Positions 55,848-64,000 of a stretch of DNA of 64,000 bases are shown here, piece by piece. The stretch's first letter is position 1. Each line of letters starts with the position of its first letter. A program made the translations under genes and the position numbers. Below the pieces are notes generated by a model, which was not told where the DNA came from, did not search any database, and saw nothing but the letters and a program-made list of their open reading frames with translations. Source of the DNA: Eledone cirrhosa (Eukaryota); NCBI GenBank assembly GCA_964016885.1, contig OZ024741.1, forward strand, positions 292,578,001-292,642,000, in the 5' to 3' direction.

Positions 55848-56493
55848 CTATTTATATTAAACATATACTAGGAGTTAACTGACATGGCCAGTCTAATTTG
55901 CAAAATGTGCATTCATCAGTGTTATTAATTGAATTCATCATCATCATAATCACTGTTTAATGTTCATTTTTCCATACTAGCATGGGTTAGATGAGTATTA
56001 TTTGGTAGTATGCACTATGTAATTAAGAGTTGGAAGTAGCCATGCAATCACGAGTAGTCAGAGACACCTTCTCAAGCTTGCCTCTCTTAATCTAGTGGGA
56101 CATCCAAGGTGTGACAACTAGAATGAGAGAGAGCTGCAACAGTAATCATGAAAGGTGAAGTGAACCTCAACTCAGAGTGTATAGTGCTAGAACAACTGCC
56201 TTATTATATATAATGGGAAAAGAATGGGTTGTCACGTTATGGGGTTCCATCAATTGGTGTGTGTCTATATATATATATATAGAAAAAGTGTCAATTAAGA
56301 GTCAGGATCCGATTGCATGATCAAGCCGAAGCTGATCGATATAGAAACAATTTTAATATGAAATAAAGTTTACAAAAAGCTGCAATTCTTATTGTCACTT
56401 TATATACACTCTGCAAACTACAGCAGTAACAACATCGAGTGCTTCGACCAGTGTCACTGCTAGTAACCACAAGTTACTCACATATCTATCTAT

Positions 56494-56976
56494 CTAGGGT
56501 GGGTAAAATTCCCGAGATCCATGGACGAGTTCTCTCCAGCAGTCTCTGTCTCTCATTATGGCTACCATGTCCTGCGTCTCCAACAGACCAGTGTTTGTCC
56601 TTAGGGCATCAACATACGTTAACCTCGGTCTTCCTCTTCCAGTGTGTCCATGTAGGGGCTCCCACAAGAACACTGAGAGTAGTGTCAACTCTGGATGTTG
56701 GTGGGCATGTCCAGCTAATCTCAGTCTCCTCTGTGTCACTTTTGAGCTGACTTTTGGTAGGCTCCCATACAGTTCTGAGTTTTTCATCCTCAGTGTATAC
56801 TGATTAATGTTTAGATCCACCCTCAGCATTCTTGTGAAGCACCCAGCCACCATCTGAGTGAGTTTCTTAGTCAGTGTCCAAGTCTCAGACCCGTACAGCA
56901 GTACAGACTCCATTACAGCAATAAAGAGGTGGATCTTCAGGTCTCCACGAAGGTCCGACTTCCACACCGATCTCAA
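56494..56976 (-). pseudogene. RTE-clade LINE ORF2 C-terminal fragment (second lineage)
   Basis: ESVLLYGSETWTLTKK..RRLRLAGH..LWEPLHG..GRGRPRLTYVDAL; (TAGA)n after the stop. Confidence 0.88.
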
Positions 56977-56985
56977 TAATATATA

Positions 56986-57317
56986 TATCATCATCATCAT
57001 CATCATACGTCCGCTTTTCCCTGCTTGCAAGGGTGGGACGGGAACTGATTCCGGCTTGATTTCTACAGCTGGATGCCCTTCCTAACACCAACCTCATTTA
57101 CAGTGAGTGCTGGGTGCTTTTTTGCTGAGGCACCTCCACGACCACTTTGCAGTGGAATGATAGGGACCCCAGTCCCTATCATCTCATTTCTACAGCTGAG
57201 TAAACTGGAGCAATGTGAAATAAAGTGTCTTGCTCAAGGAAACAACACATCACCTGGTCTGAGAATTGAACTCACAACCTTTCGATTGCAAGGCCAATGC
57301 TCTAACCACTAAGCCAT
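56986..57317 (-). mobile_element. SINE S1 with the tail of a young RTE family
   Basis: Body matches 17870..18150; tail ccgtcccacccttgcaagcagggaaaagcggacgta(tga)n. Confidence 0.88.
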
Positions 57318-57384
57318 GTATATATATTATTGGTAAATTTATTTCAAATACCAAATGAACCAGGATACATATGTAATTCATTGG

Positions 57385-57523
57385 CAAGGCCAGATATATT
57401 TGAAGTCGGGGAGGCAGAGGTGGTTGACTGCCCTGAGCGTCAAACAAGGCTTCCTCTAAGAACATCCCTGGGACCCCCAAACCTGAACTGCTGCAGACCT
57501 CTCAAGTTCTAAATATGGCCTTA
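57385..57523. mobile_element. Small hAT-type MITE
   Basis: TIR CAAGGCCAGATATA / TAAATATGGCCTTA; TSD TTCATTGG / TTCATTGT. Confidence 0.65.
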
Positions 57524-58667
57524 TTCATTGTGTAGTGATTAATTAGGTGCAATAACAAATTGACCAGTAGAATGTTTTCTTTATTTAAGCAGTTCCATAC
57601 CATCAATTCAATGTTATATACAATATGACTAGTGTACTTATATCAACATTACATTGGTGGAACTTTCATCTGTAATATGTTCTTCTAAACACATATGTAC
57701 ACACCATATGTGTACCTGGTGTCAAGCCGATTGTGCATGTGTGTGTGTGCATGTATGTGGTGTGTGTATATAAGTGTGTATATAAGTGATGTGTGTATAT
57801 AAGTGTGTGTGGTGTCTAGATAAGAACAGGCTGACGCCTACCATTTATGATAGCTGATGCATGTTGTAATTATTTATATGGGTGGATGATAGAAATTATT
57901 ACAAATACTTGGTGATTGTTAACAATGGAGCTGGGAAGAGGGTCATAGCATTTGTGGTGGTGGTGTTAGTAGTAGGGGTAGTGTTTATAGTAATGATGCG
58001 GATATTGTTGAAAATACAATGATGTATACAATAATTGTAATAAGGATAATGATAAAAATGACAATGAAAATGATGCTGACAATGATGCTAATGATGTCGA
58101 TAATATTGATGGTGATGATGATGGTGAAAACAGTACTAAAAATATTGATGATCATAATGAAAGTGCAAACTGACCTTAAAATATATTTATTTATTCAACG
58201 TAAGTGTACTTAGATGAACGAGTTTATTTAGACATGGAGAAAGTTTTGTAAGGTGGCTACTCAAATAGATTTACCACAGCAAATTACTGGTACTGTATCA
58301 TATATGTGGGTGTATGCATACCCATGACAGCATAGAGAAACAGACGATAAATGATAAGGATAATGATATACAAACTCACACACATATAGGCGTACACACA
58401 CACACACACACATATATATATATGTATGTATATATATATATGTGTGTGTGAGTATGTATATATATATGTGTGTGTGTGTATGTATATATATGTATGTGTG
58501 TGTGTGTGTGTGTATCGATTGTCTCAATAATGCTCCATGCTGATCAAAGGTGATTAACCTGTTATTCTAACTGAACAGCTTCTAATGAACTTCGTTTAGA
58601 GTAAACCTAACGAGCTTCAGCATTTCTACATAAAATTATGCAAATAAACCAAAACAAAACTAAACAA

Positions 58668-58727
<60 letters not shown>

Positions 58728-59329
58728 CATACATACATATATATCTAGGGAAAAGCGGATGTAAAATGATGATGATGATGATATATTATCATTTATATAA
58801 TATTGAAAAAGAACAAGTAATATTAACACTTAAGTAGCTTTGGTTGATGAAAATAAATTCAAGTGGAATGATTAGTTTACATAGTGTGAATGAATTCATT
58901 AGCTGAGGTGATATCTTTAGGGTTAAAAGAGTAATTTATTTTCAAATGAAATGGAAATTAAACTGGATATTTGAAAATTGGATTTGTTGAGAAATCAGGA
59001 ATGAAATAGTATTATATAGCCAATTAAATATTTTGACCAACAGAACAGGTTTTAGGTTAAATTTATTCTTTCTGAGAATCAATGGTCATGTGTGATGTTT
59101 TTATTTAAAAATAAAAAATGCTGTCTAGTCAGAGAGAAGGAGGGACAGTACTGATGGCCTTTGATAGGGCCTCTGAGACTGTGTGTGTGTGGGTGGGGGG
59201 TGGGGGTGTGTGTGTGGGGGGGGGGGGGGTGAATATATGAGTGAGTGAACAGGCATAAAAAGTATGTTGATGATACATGTACACACATATGTATTTGTTT
59301 GTGTGTGTGTGTGTATATATACATATATA

Positions 59330-59430
59330 CAGGGTGTTACCCAACAATGTACACACACTTCAACAGCATTCTAATAAATATTGCCTGTACTGTTAATCAA
59401 AATGTATATACATTTTTGGGGAACATGCTG
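59330..59430. mobile_element. Tc1/mariner-type MITE
   Basis: TA|CAGGGTGTTACCCAACAATGTACACACA ... TGTATATACATTTTTGGGGAACATGCTG|TA. Confidence 0.7.
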
Positions 59431-59630
59431 TATATATATGATAAAGTTATAAAGTTATCTCTATATGCTAGCGTGGAAGATAGACGTTAAATGATGATGA
59501 TGATATATATATAAAAAGAGTGGGTAACTGAGACGACACCAATGTGTATACTTATATATACATTTGTAATATATAGACCTGTAAACATGCCAGAAATTAT
59601 AATTTCCCTTCAAATGGAAAAAATGATAAT

Positions 59631-59679
59631 CACATTTAATTGATTTTCATACCTAGTTGTGTCTTCATCAGAAGATGTG
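59631..59679 (-). ncRNA. Near-canonical hammerhead motif
   Basis: Minus strand: cacatctt CTGATGA agac acaactag gtat GAAA atcaat TA aatgtg. Stem III is probably a CpG-decayed ATCGAT. Confidence 0.6.
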
Positions 59680-60606
59680 TATATCATCTAAACAACCACA
59701 AGGAGACATGTATTTGATGGGCCTATATGTCAATTCACTTATTGTAGTAAGGGTACCTCACTGTAGAAACCGTGCCTAAAAGGGTTGGGAGGACTCTCCA
59801 GTTGCCAATGGCAACAACTTCTCTAGTGTCGATGATCAACATGCTAAATACATCAAGTGCATGCTGTAAGGAGGTGGATGATAGGAATGAGTCAACCCTG
59901 GTTTTGATAAATCCTCTGACTCCTAACTCTACAGAGAAACATGATTCCTTTCATCTGCAGGTTTCACAGAGTTCAACTTTGCCCCTGTACTTCCTTGCCT
60001 TCCTGTTTAATATATCCTTGATGTTCGCCTCCCAAGAGATAATAAGCTCTACCATCTTCACCACCTTCCTTTCTTTGCACCACATGCGCACGCACTCACA
60101 CACACCACCATCATCATTTTTACATCTACCTTTCTGCACTTGCATGGGTTAGACAGGTCCTTCTCAGTACAGCATCTCTCCAATCACTGCATTCCTCTGT
60201 TATCTCCTCTGTGAGTCTCAGAGATTTGAGGGTCAGCTCTCATCCTCTCTGCAGAGGTGATTTTTCAAGATATTTTGTGGGTTTTTGTTAACTAATTTTT
60301 TGTACAAAAGGACTGCAAAATTACTAACTTTAAATTAATATAAAATTCAATAGACACAATACTTTTAGCTATGGTTTTTGCTTCTCCCTAAAGGTTTTAT
60401 TCAAGAAAATTTACAATAGACAATAAAAAGAAAATTTTTTTTAAATAATATTTTCCAACTCTGAGTGCACTGTGCTCTGCCTAAGTCTTCCATGGTCTAC
60501 CTTTAGTATAGCTTCCTTCCACTGGGATTTCTTGGAATTTCTTGACCCAACAATCATCATGCACACACACACACGCGCACGCACACATACACACACACAC
60601 ACACAC

Positions 60607-60638
<32 letters not shown>

Positions 60639-61654
60639 CCATGGGAACTTCTCTACGCTGACGATCTGGTTCTTATAGCAGAATCAGTAGAGGAGCTAGA
60701 GAATAAATTCTGGCTATGGAAACAGCAGTTGGAAGCAATAGGACTGAGAGTGAATCTAGCTAAGACAAAAGTGTTGTTGAGTAGAAAAGAGGACAAAACC
60801 CTGATTCTGTCAGCGAAATGGCCATGTTCGATATGCAGAAAAGGAACTGGCATAGATTCTATAAAATGCACACAATGCAGATCCTGGGTACACAAGAGAT
60901 GTAGCGGGATAGCAGGCAAACTAACAGGTAGGGAGAAATATGTATGCAGTAGATGTACAGGGAAATTAGACAGTAGAAGTCGCACTGATAGACACATTTT
61001 TCAAATGCAAGAGGGCGCTATAGAAGTGGTGGATAGCTTCTGGTACCTAGGAGATCAGATTAGCATGGGAGGAGGGTGTTCCGAGGCCATAGTATCTAGA
61101 ATAAGGACGGGTTGGAAGAAGTTTAGGAAGCTGCTTCCTCTGTTGATGAAGAAGGGTTTCTCCCTGCGTACGAAAGGCCGGTTGTATGATGCCTGTGTGA
61201 GGAGCGCGATGCTGCATGGTAGTGAGACATGGGCAGCAACTGCAGAGGATATGCGACGGCTGGAGAGAAATGAGGCAAGCATGCTCCGTTGGATGTGCAG
61301 TGTAAATGTACGTGAACGACCCAGCATAAATGTGTTGAGAGACAAACTGTGTCTGAGAGGGATAGAATGTAGTGTACGGGAGAGGAGACTGAGGTGGTAT
61401 GGACATGTGATGCGCATGGAGGATGACCGATGGGTGAAGAAGTTCCAGGAATTGCCAGTTGAAGGAAGACATGGTAGAGGTAGACCATGAAAAACATGGG
61501 CGGAGGTGGTGAGAACAGACCTCAGATCATTGAAGCTCACGGTGGAGATGACGAGGGACCGTGACGAGTGGAGAGATGCTGTGCTGAATAAGACCCGTCC
61601 CACCCTTGCAAGCAGGGAAAGCGGACGTAAAATGATGATGATGATGATGATGAT
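60639..61654 (+). mobile_element. 5'-truncated RTE LINE ORF2 with a PHD-like finger in the RT domain
   Basis: PWELLYADDLVL..CSIC..CTQC..H..C..CSRC..FWYLGD..LHGSETW..RWYGH; premature TGA at 61488; (GAT)n tail; (TA)n on both sides. Confidence 0.95.
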
Positions 61655-61672
61655 ATATATATATATATATAT

Positions 61673-62078
61673 CATTATCATCATCATCATAACCGTTTAA
61701 CGTCCATCTTCCACGCTAGCATGGGTTTGGACGGGAATTTTCCCACTTGAGGCAAGATTGGTTGTCTTGCTCGTATAGGACTGTCTGACAGGTTTTCTAC
61801 GGCTGGATGCCCTTCCTAACATCAACCACGTTTACAGTGTGGACTGGGAGGTTTTTACCGTGTTGCCTACATGGCCACATTACAGTGTGGACTGTGTTTT
61901 TTTTGTCGTGACACCTACACAACCTCATTTATTTAAGACTGGATGTTGTGGCACCAACATAACTTTACATCAAGATGGGTGGTGTGGATGGGGTGGGGGT
62001 AGTGGGACGAGGGTATATTTAGGTAAGAGGTGCCTACTGACTGTAGGTCTCGCTTTGCACTTAGGCAAGGTGGGTCTT
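61673..62078 (-). mobile_element. RTE 3'UTR fragment, tail-to-tail with the previous element
   Basis: Reverse complement matches 21478..21885. Confidence 0.85.
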
Positions 62079-62989
62079 ATATATATACACATACATCATA
62101 ATACATACATCATAATACATACCCATGAATTAAGAGATATAATATAACACGGTTTATTGAACATTTGCAATGTAATGAAAATTGTAAGAGGAGGAAGAAT
62201 AGAGATGTCATCGCTATCTCTCCATTTGTTTATCTTTGTATTTATCTATAGAGCTCTCTTTCTCTATTTTTATATTATTTTTCATGTTTGCTTTTCTTCA
62301 TCTCCCACTCTTTCTACTTCTCTTTCTCTGTATGGTGAGGAGTATCTTCATTATTTGATTCCTTTCTACCTCAATGTCCCAAAATAATTCCAACTCCATA
62401 AATATTCTATGAAAAATTACATTAAAATAAAGTAGTTTTTCTTGATTTTTCTGATTTCAATGGGATTTCTTTGGTTTTTCCTTTTCTTTTTCCTATATAT
62501 TTTTCTCTTAAGATTTTCCTTTTTCTTGACTGTAGCAACTGATTTTCAGCAATTTCTTTAAATATAGATAGACGTATTTGCTTTAGCATTTATAGAGTTT
62601 GTAATACAGATTATTGGTATTTTGAACTTGGAATGTAAAGGTCCATAACTAAAAATAGCAGGCATTTTGCCTGATACTCTAACAATTCTAATATTGATAA
62701 AATAGGCACATATGGAATACTGGTGTCTCTAATAATCAACTCTACCTGAATCTTATATTTATGGTGCAGCATCCATCTTAAAAATAAATACTACTATTTT
62801 TATTCTTCTATTGGTTTTATTCATTAGATTGTGGTCATACTTGAGTACAGGCTTAAAGGGATTTAGTTGATTGTATTGATCCCAGTACCTATTTTTTCAA
62901 ACCACTAATTGAGATGTAAACATAGACATGGCCACACATACAGGTACATGCATACACACATGTATGTGACTATATATATATATATATAT

Positions 62990-63128
62990 AATGAAGGAGA
63001 TGTGGTAAGGAACCAGATGGACCATAACGTACCAGAGTACTCAATACTTAGGTTAGTAGAGTGGGTAATAGGAAAAAGTGTGACCTCGACGGCAGAACTC
63101 AAGCCGTTTCGACGGGGTCATACTTTTT

Positions 63129-63131
<3 letters not shown>
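62990..63131. mobile_element. Fold-back element (family F)
   Basis: ataggaaaaagtgtgacctcg ... cggggtcatactttttcctat inverted repeat (19/21); (TA)n on both sides. Confidence 0.65.
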
Positions 63132-63177
<46 letters not shown>

Positions 63178-64000
63178 GATGTTTCTGTCAACCAAATATC
63201 CTTCACTAAGCATTGATGAACCCAAGGGTATAGTATAAGACACTTTCCCAAAGAGTAACATGGTGAGACTGAACTGTAAATCTTCATTATCCACATAGAC
63301 ATGTCTGCTCCTATTTGTTCATTATTCTACAAAGTATGCCAAACATGTTTTTGCCTTGTTTGGTCTCAGTGTAAGTTACTGAAATGACAGTTAATAAATC
63401 TTAAAAGTATCTAAAATGTTTGTGTGTTGGAGTAGAAATAATTCTGAGATGACATATATTCATCATTAAGGGGATGGATTGGCAGTATTGGTAGAGCATC
63501 ATGCAACATTTTGCAGCATAAAATTACATCCCTTTACGTTCTGAGTTCAAATCATGTTGAGGTTAGCTTTGTTTTGCATCATTATGAGATCGATAAAATA
63601 AAGTACCAGTAATGCACTGGGAGGCTATTTAATCAACATTCTCCTTCCTACAAAATTGTTAGCCTTTTGTCTAAATCAGAAACCATTATAATCATTTTTT
63701 GTCAAATTTCCATGTTGGCACTGATTGGAGATATTATCTTGGTCTGAGTCAGTTCTTACCCTTCTAAGATGGGTTCTAGGATTACATTTCCCTCATATAT
63801 TTCATTTTGTTTTCGGAGTGTAGTTTCTACAACTGGATACCCCTTCTAGCTCCAGCCACTTTACATTCTGTTATATATTTCTTAATCTGTTGTTCTGCAT
63901 TCTCAATAAACTGCCATAAATCTCAAGGTATCATTTGTGCAAATACTATTGTGTATGCTGAGTACATAGTATGGACATTCTTTCTGATCCTTATTTAGTG

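Overview
AT-rich, microsatellite-saturated eukaryotic DNA. The SINE, RTE and R4/Dong repertoire suggests a coleoid cephalopod such as Octopus (inference). No intact host gene is recognisable, only a few weak exon candidates. Nearly all ORFs in the supplied track are translations of (TA)n, (CA)n or (TTC)n repeats or antisense shadows of LINEs. The real coding remnants are: the C-terminal GIY-YIG endonuclease of a Penelope-like element (1..384, missed by the ORF track), many RTE LINE fragments (one with a PHD-like finger inside the RT domain), and an R4/Dong endonuclease remnant. Also present are tRNA-derived SINEs, hAT, piggyBac and Tc1-type MITEs, a non-autonomous Helitron, and a 34-bp minisatellite inside a hAT MITE. 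The main observation is about 11 type-I hammerhead ribozyme motifs, found by eye. One lies in the Penelope 3' repeat. Others lie in at least three unrelated, non-coding, ~400-450-nt elements in (TA)n tracts. Two of these families show terminal redundancy with 438- and 446-nt periods, as expected of retrozyme-like elements copied from circular or tandem self-cleaving RNA. All structures were folded by hand and none is tested.
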